Shown: positions 49,757 to 60,087, numbered from the stretch's first letter. The stretch: DNA of 64,000 nucleotides from Candidatus Omnitrophota bacterium (GCA_963828495.1 CAWHFJ010000016.1:85353-149352); one strand, 5' to 3'. A program made the numbers and translations. The notes: generated by a model not told the origin, from the sequence alone.

Positions 49757-49815
49757 GGGGGACACTTCCGTCATAAGTCCTTATTTTCCTAGGGCCCAAT
49801 TGGAAACGGTCCAAG
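49757..49815 (-). repeat. Intergenic repeat copy B. It overlaps the menD stop and ends 3 nt before the helicase ATG.
   Basis: Minus strand: CTTGGACCGTTTCCAATTGGGCCCTAGGAAAATAAGGACTTATGACGGAAGTGTCCCCC. Confidence 0.85.
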
Positions 49816-51546
49816 ATAAAATGATTTAGGGCTTGGTGCACCTTGTGAATTTTCTGCCCTGCCGGTTATGACTTCAATGATCGTGGACGTTTGTGACTTA
49901 ACCGCCCTTGTATACACTTCTTTAAAATGCTTAACCGTCATCGGCTGATGATAGTTTAGCTCAAAGGCCGCCGCCGTGTTGGCAAAAGTAAAAGAATGCG
50001 GCACCCCGAAGAACTTTTCAAACCCTTCTTTAAATTCAGCGATAGGTAAAAAAGAAAATATGCCCGCCCCCCCGTTATTGAGGACCACGATAATTAAAGG
50101 ACAAGGCAAATCGCGTAACATCCCTAAAGAATTTAAATCATGCAAAGCCGCTAAATCACCGACCATCAGCGTCACGGGTTTTTCCAGTCCTCTCGAAAAT
50201 CCTGCGGCCGAAGCCACCAGCCCGTCGATACCACTGGCCCCGCGATTACCGTTGACAATAACCTCATGCCCCTTGAAATCCGCGTAAGAATCCATATCGC
50301 GGATGGGCATACTATTGGCCAAAAATAATCCCTGATGCCGAGGGACCAACTGGGACACCAAACGGGCAATGCCGGGCTCGCATAAATACTCCTCACTTTT
50401 AAAAAAATTTTCAATGGCCCTGTCAGCCGTCCCGTTGGCTTTGGACAATAATTTTTGCGCACCGGAAGGCTTACGCGATTTGATACGCCCGATGACACTC
50501 TTAATAAAATGGGTGACACTACTTTCTATACGCAAGGTGACCTGATGATTAGGGTCATTGCGCAAAGAATGGTTAAGTACCATGATATATTCTGCAGGAT
50601 TTTGTGCCTGAATAAATTCATAATAACGTTTAGAGGTGATGCGCCCGCCTAAATGAAGCACGCCATCAAATGACAATCGTCGGGAAATTTTATCGGATGA
50701 AAGCAGCTGATCAAAATAAGAAATGAGATTAGGGTGCCTCACCCCCAGCCGTAAGCCTGAGGCAATGTCCGCAAAAACCGGCCAGCCTGTTTTATCCGCC
50801 AAACGCAGTACCATTTGCCGCTCCTGGCCCCTCTCGATTTTACCGACGACAATCACGCCGTTTTTAATTTTCTCCAGACGCTCAACAACGCCCTGGGGAT
50901 GCGCCAAGCCCGCGGACTTAAAACCCGTAACATAACGCGTATAAGGCTCTGGGGATTTGACCCAGCGGTTGAGAGATTTTGTATAGCTTGCCAGGTCATC
51001 CCGGCCTTCAAGTAATGTCAACGGTGGACGAAACATGCAATTGATGTGCACTACCCCACGGTTGCGTGTGGCCTGATACCAGGCCTGGTCCATCGTAGTC
51101 AAAACAAACTGAGGGTTGATATGGGTGTCGGGACAAGGCATGTCGGTTGTCCACTCGGTGTATTTGCCGAAAATACCCACCTGATCAATGGTCTGTGCCG
51201 CCCCTGTCTGCCTTAATTCCGGCGGACGGTCAGCGGTTAAAACGATCAACGGGAGTTTTTTCTTGGAAGCTTCAATCACGGCCGGGAAAAAATTAGCCGC
51301 GGCCGTGCCGGACGTGCAAATGAGGACCGCCGGCTTTTCGGTTGCGGCAGCATAGCCCATGGCATGAAAGCTCAGTCCACGCTCATCGAAATGCACAAAA
51401 CTTTTGGCATTTTTATTCTGAGCCACGGCAATGACCAGAGGCGAACTGCGCGAGCCCGGCGCCACACAAAAATAATCCGCTCCCAGACGCGTTAGCTCCT
51501 CAACCATCAAACCGGCCCAACAGTGATTAATATTGACGAAAGTCAT
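49789..51546 (-). CDS. menD: SEPHCHC synthase MenD (TPP-dependent)
   Basis: N-terminus WAGLMVEELTRLGADYFCVAPGSRSSPL..., TSGTAAANFFPAVIEA, and the TPP motif GDLAALHDLNSL...NNGGAGIF. The last 8 codons (LGPFPIGP*) lie inside repeat copy B. Confidence 0.9.
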   Translation of the reverse strand: MTFVNINHCWAGLMVEELTRLGADYFCVAPGSRSSPLVIAVAQNKNAKSFVHFDERGLSFHAMGYAAATEKPAVLICTSGTAAANFFPAVIEASKKKLPLIVLTADRPPELRQTGAAQTIDQVGIFGKYTEWTTDMPCPDTHINPQFVLTTMDQAWYQATRNRGVVHINCMFRPPLTLLEGRDDLASYTKSLNRWVKSPEPYTRYVTGFKSAGLAHPQGVVERLEKIKNGVIVVGKIERGQERQMVLRLADKTGWPVFADIASGLRLGVRHPNLISYFDQLLSSDKISRRLSFDGVLHLGGRITSKRYYEFIQAQNPAEYIMVLNHSLRNDPNHQVTLRIESSVTHFIKSVIGRIKSRKPSGAQKLLSKANGTADRAIENFFKSEEYLCEPGIARLVSQLVPRHQGLFLANSMPIRDMDSYADFKGHEVIVNGNRGASGIDGLVASAAGFSRGLEKPVTLMVGDLAALHDLNSLGMLRDLPCPLIIVVLNNGGAGIFSFLPIAEFKEGFEKFFGVPHSFTFANTAAAFELNYHQPMTVKHFKEVYTRAVKSQTSTIIEVITGRAENSQGAPSPKSFYLGPFPIGP

Positions 51547-52857
51547 CGGATAATTTTACTAAAATTGCTGATTTTATTTTCCACTTCATCCCATTCTTCC
51601 TGAGGCTTGGAGCCTTGCACAACCCCCGCCCCCGCGAACACGGACATTTTTTTCCCGCACGCTAAACCTGAACGAATGCCGACTACGAATTCCGCCCCAT
51701 CTATCCCCACATAACCGATAGGCGCTCCATACCATCCCCGAGAAAATCCCTCGAGCTTGCGGATAACGGCCAAAGCGCGCCTGGTGGGGCTGCCGCCCAA
51801 GGCCGGAGTCGGATGAAGGGATTGTAAGATATCTTCGTCATTTACGCCATCTTTTAATTGACCCTGAAATTTAGTCATCAGATGATGGCCGCTGGGTAAA
51901 GTCAAAACACGGGGAGACTTCGCATAGCTATAGGCTGTACAAAAATCTTTAAAAGCCGCTTGAATAGCATCAACCACTAATGCATGTTCATATCGATTTT
52001 TCCGGGAACTCTGCAATATCTTCGGATCCACAGACTTGGCCATGGTCCCGGCCAAAGCTTCGGATTCAATACAACGCCCATAACGCCTGTAAAGACGTTC
52101 CGGAGACGCTCCGAGAAAAACTACTTTTTTGAATTGGAAAGCAAAATGATAACTGTCAGGAGTGAGGTTCTTTAATTGCCGCAACATGCCCCAAGGATCA
52201 AGGATCTCCGGAAAATCCAAAGAAGTTTTACGTGCTAACACGACTTTTTCGACACTGGCATCCAGCAAAATCTTTTCAACGTCTTTTTTCCAAGATGTTT
52301 CGTTTGGCTTATCCCTGCGTCGGGAAAATGTTTTGTTCTCCTCATGCGCGGGGACGTTTCACAGGGATGACAATCCTATGTAATTGCTTTAAAACATCCG
52401 TGATATTGTCTTGGGGGCACAGATTGCAACAAAAAATCATTTTGTCATCTTGTGCCGCCAATTCAAAACGCGGCAGCACAAAACGATAAGCCCCGAATTC
52501 CTTCCAATCGGCGTCCAAATGACGATCATCAAAACAAAACCCTCCGTACCATTGCAAATAAGGGTATCGCGGCGTTAAATAACCCCGTAGTTTTTTAAAA
52601 ATCTTTTTTAAACTGCCTTTTCGCTTGGCCCTGACACACGCCGCCTCTCCAATGGCGGCAATAGCCATGGTGTCATCTTGATTAGCACCGTAAATTTTAA
52701 CTGCGGTTTGCTGAACGGAAAGCCAATTGAGCATATCCACCGGATAAACCCTGATTTCAATACGCTCAATAGATGGAGACGGCTTATAAGCGGCAATCAA
52801 GCCGGCCATCTGTTCTTTGGCCTTCTCAAGAGTAGGAAGATTATTTTTGGGCGACAT
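51543..52857 (-). pseudogene. menF: Isochorismate synthase MenF, frameshifted as assembled
   Basis: C-terminal chorismate-binding core (KVVLARK...GASPERL...ALAGT...HPTPALGG.P...E...RGWYGAPIGY...VGIRS). The N-terminal ORF 52342-52857 joins at the GGGG run 52350-52353. Confidence 0.85.
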
Positions 52858-53537
52858 AAATAGTGGCGGCCCCTCCCATGAGGGGATGAGGCTGGATATT
52901 CAATAAATCCCATCTGCTTTAGAATTTTACAAAAGCGATCCCCATAAGGAAAAGTCTGTATGGTCCGGGTTAAATAACGGTAAGCTCTGAAATTCCCGGA
53001 TAATAAAAATCCGACTATCGGCACAACTATCTGTAAATAAAGCCAATGCCCTGCTTTAAGCACAGGATTATCGGGCTTGGAAAATTCCAAAATCAACACT
53101 CTACCTCCCTTTTTGGTGACCCGGTACATTTCCAGAAGTGCCAGGCGCAAATCCGGGATATTCCGGATACCAAAAGCAATACTGACGCAATCAAAGGTTT
53201 CATTGTGAAAAGACAAAGCCTGCACATCGCCGTGGCGCAACATGAGCCGGTCATCCAAATGCCAGGCCATGATTTTCTTTTGCCCGATTTCCAGCATTTT
53301 AACGGCCATGTCCACTCCAAAGGCGCGATGGATTTTAGGATTATTCCAGGTTAAGGCAATCAAAACATCGGCGGTACCGGTGGCTAAATCCAAAATAATT
53401 TGCCCGTCAGAATCAGGCAAAAATTGCTTTAAGGCCTTGCGCCAGCGCACGTCCTGCCCCAGCGACAGCAAACGGTTTAAAAAATCATACCGTCCGGCAA
53501 TGTCATCGAACATTTTCCAGTTCTTTTCATTATCCAT
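52841..53537 (-). pseudogene. ubiE: Demethylmenaquinone/ubiquinone methyltransferase UbiE/MenG, frameshifted as assembled
   Basis: FDDIAGRYDFLNRLLSLGQDVRWRK, ILDLATGTADV, FGIRNIPD and the GGRVLILEF motif. The family-like tail ...EYPASSLMGGAATIYVAQK* appears if the GGGG run at 52882-52885 loses one base. Confidence 0.88.
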
Positions 53538-53591
53538 AATGAGTCCGGGTACGTTAATAGATAGTCTATTATCCGTTCCTATGCTGATTTG

Positions 53592-56500
53592 TCAACCTTC
53601 GGATGAGGCCGTATTTTTCAGATCGGCGAAAATCGGTAGGCTGGCGGCAGGTTTGATATCAATAATAATAGGCACTAAACCATCAATATTAATATGTTCT
53701 AAATCCTGTTGGCTGATGGGCAACGGCACCCCATGACCATCACGTTTGATCTGCAAATTCAAATTAGCCGCGTTGAAGTCGATACCACCAGGACTACTGG
53801 CTTGCATCGCTGTGTCCTTAGGCAATATTCTATTAACTTCACCTATTAATGCCGAAAGCCCATATGGCTTTTTAAGAAAAGCGTCGATGGGGACATTGGC
53901 TTTTTCCCAATCTTCCCGAGAATCTGCTCCGCTTACAGCAATAATGCGAATCCCCCTATTACTCAGTTTACTCAGAACCTCTTTAACAGGCCCAATCCAA
54001 TCGGTTGTATCAGTGACTAATAAGGACACTTCCTCCCCATGGCTTTCCATAACTTGCTTAAGTTCAGCCGGACTTGCCGCAGTTAAAACAGTAAAACCCT
54101 GTGGTTCTAGCACCAATTTTAGCACCTCCGCATTCAAAAGAAGAACTCCCGAATCATCATCTGCAACAACAACAGTCCTCTTGCCTGTAGTCATCATCGC
54201 CTCATTTCTAGTGTTCAAGAGTTTCACCACAGGTGTGATCAATCTTTTAAAATCTTCGGGGTCAAGACCATTTCTTGAAGCAATTCTGTCGACTAAACCC
54301 CATCTCTCATCCCGATCCATGGCTTTGAGCTCAGCCTCATTCATCGCTTTCATCACTTTTAAAGTTAGAATCAGTTCCCTTAATGCAGCCTTTTGATTTG
54401 AAGATAGCCTGCCTTCATTCCTATCTAAATAATCCTGATATAATCTACTGGCGTCCGGAGTTCTTCCAGTTGATCCTTGAGACAATGCCGCCGGTCGGTA
54501 TCCAGTAGTATGGCGTGGCTCTGCATCTTTTGCCCTCCTATATTCACTTTTTATTTTCATAAAAATAGCCTCGGCACTGTGAGAGACCCTCTCATCCTTA
54601 ATATATAAATTCTGGCCTACTCTTGGTCTTGGTCCTATATTGTCTAACATAACCGCTATTTCTCCTGCTACTTCTTGAATATAAGGTTTAATCAGCGGGT
54701 CATCTAACATCTGTTGAATAATCTCGCTTAATGACAATAAACCATTAACATTATGAATCGCTTCCCAATAAGCATTAAAATCAGGCCTACCGATCATCGC
54801 CTCATCTTCCTCATTAGAAGAGATGATGACTCTTCCCTCACCAGGGCCATCGGGCATGTAATTGGGATTCCCTTCGGCAGCTACGGGTTCTATATTGAGT
54901 GTCCCCTTCGCATTGACTTCTGGAGCCAAAACCGCCGAAAGAGCTTTGATTTCTTCAGGATTTAATGGGCGTATCTTGTTATAAAAGACATATCCCACAC
55001 TTTGAAAAGGAAGATAGCGGTCTATTTGATCTATAAAATCAAAAATGATATCAATGCCAGAAGACAGGTTACTCCACTCCTTAAAAAGACCTGTACTTAC
55101 CCCGACCATTTTAATTAATTTGGTGTCTATGCCCGCCTTTTCTAACTTTTTAAATATTTCTTGTAAAACATTCCCTTGCCTACAATCAAGATCCAAGATA
55201 ACAAAAGGACGATCAACCGTTGGCTTAAACTTCTGATACGCATTCTTTATTTCATCTATTAAATCAATCCCTAACCTTTTATTGAGCGAATCCAAAGAAA
55301 ATGGAGAACTGGGTAGATAACTAGGGCTCATTGAATACCTTACCAGACCATAAGATTCATGTCTTTCTAAACCCTCTCCTTCTTTGGCGCCATATGAATA
55401 TGCCTGCGCATTTGGGATCCAGCTTTGAGTCAACAACCTCCATTTAGGGAACTTCAAAACTCTTATTGCAGCTCTATTAAGTTCATAACTATGCGTCCTG
55501 TCTTTTACTTCAATGGGATCAATTAATGATGGCTCTTTTCCATTTAGCCAAACATATTGCTCTTCTGCATTAATATTGATCTTAACGAGATTCCCCTGCC
55601 AAGAAGCAAACCTTTTACCCAATGGTTTTAAGAAAAACAACGGATCCATCATCCTACCTTCGGACACACTTAATTCAACTCTTAATGAAGGGCTATACCA
55701 TGCTTCTAAAAAAAGATGGCTATAATCATTGCCAAACTTTTGCTTAACTTTAGGATTAACATGAGCAGGTTTAGGCAATTGAATATATTTTGTTTTCCCC
55801 CATTTCATGACATTCCCTATTGACTCACCTTCAGCCACCTCTACAGGGTGCTCTGGAAAGATCTCCAACTTCGAGTAAAATCCGATTCTACTATTTTTCG
55901 CAAACTTTTTGGGAAGGGAATCAATATCCCTATAATGCCATAAAATCCCTTCCTTAGTTAAAATATAAACTTCCACACTGCCAGACATCCCCTGCCTATA
56001 CTCTTCAGAAACCATATAATATAATTTCCCGCCTTGTACAGCTTTGACCGGAGTCCCCGCAGGCACCTGGATTGCTATCCCCCCTTCCTCACGAAACGGC
56101 CCCTTATCCTTATGATAAAGAGCCATATGAAAAGGCATGGTGGTATCAATAGGCCAACTCACAGTATCAGCAAGTTTACGTAGATTAAAAGGCAGATGGC
56201 CTTCGTCATTCCCCGGATTGCGAGCTGTCCCATCCAGCCCTGTCGGATAATTTAACTCACGCGCATATTCTTCCGGATCGATAAGGCCTATATCCGAAGG
56301 GATTGATGCCACTGTACGGTCAACATTTTCGGTTAAAGCTCTGGTGATGGCTCCCTTCCTGTTATCGGGCTCTTGAATATCCACTCGAACGTCTTTTATA
56401 TGCTTAGCCTGCATCGCCGCATCAACAATCATAGCTGAGCTAGGTGGATTTTCCGCAGTCCGTACATCAAGCACTTGAGGCAATTCATTTTCAAAACCAC

Positions 56501-57533
56501 CCGAAAAATATTTCCTTGGAATAGCTTCATGGGTGTATCTATCCATATCTTCCTTGATATAATTAAACACACCCTTTTTAAATGCCTTCAGATAACGCTG
56601 GTAAATTTCTTCATTGGTTTTGGGGTCCTGATCAACACCTTTGACCTTAGACTTATCCGCATAAATCTTCCCTAAAAGAGATTCCTTCAAAGCTCTTTTA
56701 TACCAGGTCGCAAGAATCATCCCGCTGTACATTTGCCGCAAGTTGGCAAAATTCTTGCCTTCATTAACTTCTTTTTCTAATTCAGGAAGAATGATGGCAC
56801 GGATAACCTGGGAGCCGATGGAGTGCGTGGCATTGGAAGAAGCCCCGGCACTAACACCGTTGTGCTTTTCTAACGACAAATAATCCTCTTCTAACATCAC
56901 CTTTAAATGGCTTTTGAGAATATAAACGCTATTGCCACTTTCATAGACAATAGCTTGATTGGGCACAACCCACACCTTGTTAAAAGTATTCACCGGTATA
57001 TCGGTCGTGTGATATTGAGTCCAGGCACGCTCGTAGACCTTGTCCCAAAATTTCTTACCCAACCCATCTTCCGGATAAATCAAACTGGAAGTGATTTGTT
57101 TGAGCATATAATCTTGAGCCAAAAGATCCCTGCCCATTTCGGTTTTGCCCAAATCATCCTTGATAATACGATCTTTTTCATAAGGCGAAAGGTTAACCCA
57201 TTGGTCTTCATCAGGAATTGTTAAAGAGGCCAAAAAATATTTAATCAGCTTGGCATACTCTTCTTCTGTCCGGCTTATAGACAAATCTTGATCCCCTTCA
57301 TGAATTAAAAAGTCGAATTGCATGGCATTATCATGATGAATAATCAGACCCACCAAATGAGCTGGAGTAAACTCCGGGCTTAAATGAACCATGACCCCAG
57401 GGGCCGGCAAACCCAACACGACTATTTCCCCTGCCTGGACTTTAGGAATAGGTAAAGAAGAACCTATAAAAGCAATGATCAACGCAATGCTTATGGTTTT
57501 ATGGAGATATTTAAATAAATTTTTAGGGTTCAT
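53592..57533 (-). CDS. 1313-aa multidomain protein: N-terminal hydrophobic anchor, large unassigned region, LytM/M23-like degenerate segment, Rossmann/methyltransferase-like segment, canonical receiver domain, and a conserved-looking C-terminal GGIDFN...NIDGLVPIII motif
   Basis: Intact ORF. The receiver domain is at ~53825-54182 (VVVADDDSG...LLVTDTTDW...IAVSG...LKKPY). GIAIQVPAGTPVKAVQGGKL resembles the M23 GxDIxAxxGTPVxA block. RPFVILDLDCRQGNVL resembles SAM-methyltransferase motif I. Confidence 0.6.
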   Translation of the reverse strand: MNPKNLFKYLHKTISIALIIAFIGSSLPIPKVQAGEIVVLGLPAPGVMVHLSPEFTPAHLVGLIIHHDNAMQFDFLIHEGDQDLSISRTEEEYAKLIKYFLASLTIPDEDQWVNLSPYEKDRIIKDDLGKTEMGRDLLAQDYMLKQITSSLIYPEDGLGKKFWDKVYERAWTQYHTTDIPVNTFNKVWVVPNQAIVYESGNSVYILKSHLKVMLEEDYLSLEKHNGVSAGASSNATHSIGSQVIRAIILPELEKEVNEGKNFANLRQMYSGMILATWYKRALKESLLGKIYADKSKVKGVDQDPKTNEEIYQRYLKAFKKGVFNYIKEDMDRYTHEAIPRKYFSGGFENELPQVLDVRTAENPPSSAMIVDAAMQAKHIKDVRVDIQEPDNRKGAITRALTENVDRTVASIPSDIGLIDPEEYARELNYPTGLDGTARNPGNDEGHLPFNLRKLADTVSWPIDTTMPFHMALYHKDKGPFREEGGIAIQVPAGTPVKAVQGGKLYYMVSEEYRQGMSGSVEVYILTKEGILWHYRDIDSLPKKFAKNSRIGFYSKLEIFPEHPVEVAEGESIGNVMKWGKTKYIQLPKPAHVNPKVKQKFGNDYSHLFLEAWYSPSLRVELSVSEGRMMDPLFFLKPLGKRFASWQGNLVKININAEEQYVWLNGKEPSLIDPIEVKDRTHSYELNRAAIRVLKFPKWRLLTQSWIPNAQAYSYGAKEGEGLERHESYGLVRYSMSPSYLPSSPFSLDSLNKRLGIDLIDEIKNAYQKFKPTVDRPFVILDLDCRQGNVLQEIFKKLEKAGIDTKLIKMVGVSTGLFKEWSNLSSGIDIIFDFIDQIDRYLPFQSVGYVFYNKIRPLNPEEIKALSAVLAPEVNAKGTLNIEPVAAEGNPNYMPDGPGEGRVIISSNEEDEAMIGRPDFNAYWEAIHNVNGLLSLSEIIQQMLDDPLIKPYIQEVAGEIAVMLDNIGPRPRVGQNLYIKDERVSHSAEAIFMKIKSEYRRAKDAEPRHTTGYRPAALSQGSTGRTPDASRLYQDYLDRNEGRLSSNQKAALRELILTLKVMKAMNEAELKAMDRDERWGLVDRIASRNGLDPEDFKRLITPVVKLLNTRNEAMMTTGKRTVVVADDDSGVLLLNAEVLKLVLEPQGFTVLTAASPAELKQVMESHGEEVSLLVTDTTDWIGPVKEVLSKLSNRGIRIIAVSGADSREDWEKANVPIDAFLKKPYGLSALIGEVNRILPKDTAMQASSPGGIDFNAANLNLQIKRDGHGVPLPISQQDLEHINIDGLVPIIIDIKPAASLPIFADLKNTASSEG

Positions 57534-57600
57534 GAGGATTATCTTCTCCTTTATCCACCTACTTATAAGTAAAACATATAAATATTAAGAAAACAAGGGG

Positions 57601-58656
57601 TTACAGCGGCTTTGGGGAAAACGTTTTCTTGACGCGGGATGATAAAAAATCTTCTATAAATTTCTTGGTGCCCTGCAATAATCCGCCGACATAACCGGCT
57701 TCAAGCCTGGGATCATAGTCTACCAAAAATTTACGGGCCACTAACACAGAATTCTTAAAACCAACAGCTTGGAAAGCCGGATAGTCATTACCTTCTTTGG
57801 AGCCATCATCTCCGATATAAACCATGTCCAAACCATGTCGGCCGGATGTATCTGAAGCTAAATCCAATGCCTGCTCACGATAACCGGGCACAGAAAGAGC
57901 CTTACCCTTAGCATCCACGAAAACTAATTCCGCCCCGCCGTTGGCTGCCACCAAAATCCTGCAAAAAACATCTTGAGGCAAGGCATCGACAAGACGTTTA
58001 AAAGAACGCTCCAGATCATTGCCGGAAACCAGCATAAATATGCCCCCGGCACGCAAATACGCGCACAGCGCCTCACGCACCGGACTTTCAGCCAAAGTCG
58101 GCAAAATCCCAAGCCGAGGGCCATCGTAAATCGTGTCATCCCCATCAGCGGCAATGACTGTCTTAGTTTGACGCGCGTCTATATGAGGTCCCGGCTGATA
58201 ATTCATGACTTTTAGCACATCATCAAAAGCCCCCTGCAAAAAACGAATAGGCACGGACTTATCCACCCCTTGCACATTAAACTCTATGGAAGATGTGCCT
58301 GCCAATTTTAAATGTATACCAACCCCGAGCTGTTGGCATTTTTGAGTAATCTCTGCCATAGCCTGGACGCGTTTGGGACCCCAAATACCTTTGGCCACCA
58401 TTTGCGCCGCCCCTTGTGAGGTTTTACCACGCACCTCTATACGTACCGAATGATTGATAGCTTGGGACCAATCCGATCCCCAGACCACTAATTGATCGTC
58501 GGAAAAATCGGCAGGATTAGCCTGAAAAGCAGCAATAGCCCCGCGGGCCTCCCCTTTAAACTGACCGGCATCGGCACGAGACAAAAAATCCCGGATGGCC
58601 TCACCGCTTAGGTGGATGATGATTTTTAGATGATTAGAGTTTATTAGAGTTAACAT
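57601..58656 (-). CDS. HAD-superfamily-like hydrolase, translationally coupled to trpF
   Basis: DGDDT (DxDxT-like), LVSGN and YIGDDGSKEGND blocks resemble HAD motifs I, II and IV. The ATG at 58656 overlaps the trpF TGA (TGATG). The order of motifs is atypical, so the assignment is tentative. Confidence 0.5.
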   Translation of the reverse strand: MLTLINSNHLKIIIHLSGEAIRDFLSRADAGQFKGEARGAIAAFQANPADFSDDQLVVWGSDWSQAINHSVRIEVRGKTSQGAAQMVAKGIWGPKRVQAMAEITQKCQQLGVGIHLKLAGTSSIEFNVQGVDKSVPIRFLQGAFDDVLKVMNYQPGPHIDARQTKTVIAADGDDTIYDGPRLGILPTLAESPVREALCAYLRAGGIFMLVSGNDLERSFKRLVDALPQDVFCRILVAANGGAELVFVDAKGKALSVPGYREQALDLASDTSGRHGLDMVYIGDDGSKEGNDYPAFQAVGFKNSVLVARKFLVDYDPRLEAGYVGGLLQGTKKFIEDFLSSRVKKTFSPKPL

Positions 58657-59309
58657 CAAATATGCTCTTTGACCTTGGCACCGCTGATGTAGCTGACGAT
58701 ATCGACAAAATCTTTCATTTTCTTGTGGTCTTTTTTCCCCACAGATTCTTCAACCCCGCTATTGACATCCACGGCATAGGGTTTTAATTCGTTGACCGGC
58801 TCAATCACATTTTGTGCATTTAATCCGCCGGATAAAATAAACGGGACATCATAGGATGATTTGACCTGTTTTAAGATATTCCAGTCAAAAGTCTTTCCAC
58901 TGCCGCCGTAATTGGTCGGCTCAAAGGTATCAAATAAAAAAGCATCCACTTTGAAAGGCTCGACAATTTGGGGGTCAAAATTCTCACCCACACGAAAGAC
59001 CTTGATGACTTTAACATTGTAACTTTTCAGCCTATGGCAAAAATGATGGTCTTCATCCCCGTGCAGTTGGACTGCGCGCAGACCGCAGTGATTGATAATG
59101 TCCCTGACCGCCCCCGCAGGGTGGTTGACAAAGACACCGACGGGCGTCACAAAGGGCGGCAGGCTTTCAATGATTTTCTTGGCCTTAAACGGAGAAATAA
59201 ACCGCGGGCTTTTTTTATAAAAAATAAATCCTAAGGCCCATGCGCCTATGCGGGCCGCTTTTAAGGCATCAATGTCGTTGGTGATACCACAAATTTTAAC
59301 GCGTACCAT
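58656..59309 (-). CDS. trpF: Phosphoribosylanthranilate isomerase TrpF
   Basis: VKICGITN...A...GA.ALGFIFY..SPR.I......I...LP..V..VGVF.N......LHGDE; 217 aa. Confidence 0.88.
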   Translation of the reverse strand: MVRVKICGITNDIDALKAARIGAWALGFIFYKKSPRFISPFKAKKIIESLPPFVTPVGVFVNHPAGAVRDIINHCGLRAVQLHGDEDHHFCHRLKSYNVKVIKVFRVGENFDPQIVEPFKVDAFLFDTFEPTNYGGSGKTFDWNILKQVKSSYDVPFILSGGLNAQNVIEPVNELKPYAVDVNSGVEESVGKKDHKKMKDFVDIVSYISGAKVKEHI

Positions 59310-60087
59310 ACATCACTTCCTTTATTTTTGCGCCGATATCCATAGAGCGCATGAAAACTTCTCCCATGAACACGGCATGGGCCCCTGCCTCTTGTACTCT
59401 TTGCACATCCTCATGTGTTTTAAGACCGCTTTCCGCCACAATAATAATCCCCTTGGGGATGCGCGGGATGAGGCCCAAACAATTATTTAAATCGACCTTA
59501 AGCGTTTGCAGATTGCGGTTATTGACCCCTATGATTTTGGCCCCGGCTAAAACAGCACGATCGATTTCTGCTTGATTGTGCACTTCTACCAGAGAGTCCA
59601 GCCCCAAGGTGTGTGCCACCCCCATTAATTGGCGCAACTGACTTTGTCGTAACATGCTCACAATCAAAAGCACCGCCGATGCTCCGTAAAAAAGCCCTTC
59701 ATAAATCTGATATTCATGCACAATAAAATCTTTCATCAAGACCGGGACTTGGCAATTCTCGCTGACCTGTTTTAAATAAGCCAATTTTCCTAAAAAATAT
59801 TTATCTTCGGTCACCACCGAAATGGCCGCGGCATTATTTTTCAGATAAACCTTAGCGATTTTTGCCGCGTTAAAATCTTCACGGATCAACCCGGCGGAGG
59901 GCGACGCTTTTTTGATCTCGGCGATTAAATTGATCCCCCCGGGTTTAGATATGGCTTTTTTGAAAACTTCATAACGCCGTTGGGATGAGGGCTTCATGTT
60001 CTTTTTCAAATTCTCATAATACGCCTTTTTAGCAGCCAGTTGCTCCAACTTATATCGGGCTATAGTTTTTAAAAAATCACCGGACAC
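59296..60087 (-). CDS. trpC: Indole-3-glycerol-phosphate synthase TrpC
   Basis: IAEIKKASPSAG, AISVVTEDKYF.G, PVLMKDFI...YQIYE, VEVH, IIGVNNRNL and VAESG motifs; 263 aa. Confidence 0.9.
   Translation of the reverse strand: MSGDFLKTIARYKLEQLAAKKAYYENLKKNMKPSSQRRYEVFKKAISKPGGINLIAEIKKASPSAGLIREDFNAAKIAKVYLKNNAAAISVVTEDKYFLGKLAYLKQVSENCQVPVLMKDFIVHEYQIYEGLFYGASAVLLIVSMLRQSQLRQLMGVAHTLGLDSLVEVHNQAEIDRAVLAGAKIIGVNNRNLQTLKVDLNNCLGLIPRIPKGIIIVAESGLKTHEDVQRVQEAGAHAVFMGEVFMRSMDIGAKIKEVMYGTR

Noticed and set aside
49754-49774. N-terminal extensions proposed by the ORF track: MTEVSPY before the helicase, 49 extra codons on MurA (to 63129), 52 on the exported protein (to 10628), 30 on Eda (to 38289), and the 20-30-codon leaders on the genes at 39202, 42290 and 43108.
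   Set aside because: The extensions overlap upstream genes or the repeat, often begin at non-ATG codons, and precede an ATG with a better RBS and a family-typical N-terminus or signal peptide.
53746-54396. Long ORFs antisense to confirmed genes: 53746-54396 (+, 216 aa), 60366-60971 (+, 201 aa), 45392-45865 (-, 157 aa), 6909-7361 (+, 150 aa), 53242-53736 (+, 164 aa).
   Set aside because: Each lies entirely within, and opposite to, a gene with strong family motifs. Their translations are low-complexity or Ser/Pro/Arg-rich with no motifs. These are typical shadow ORFs.
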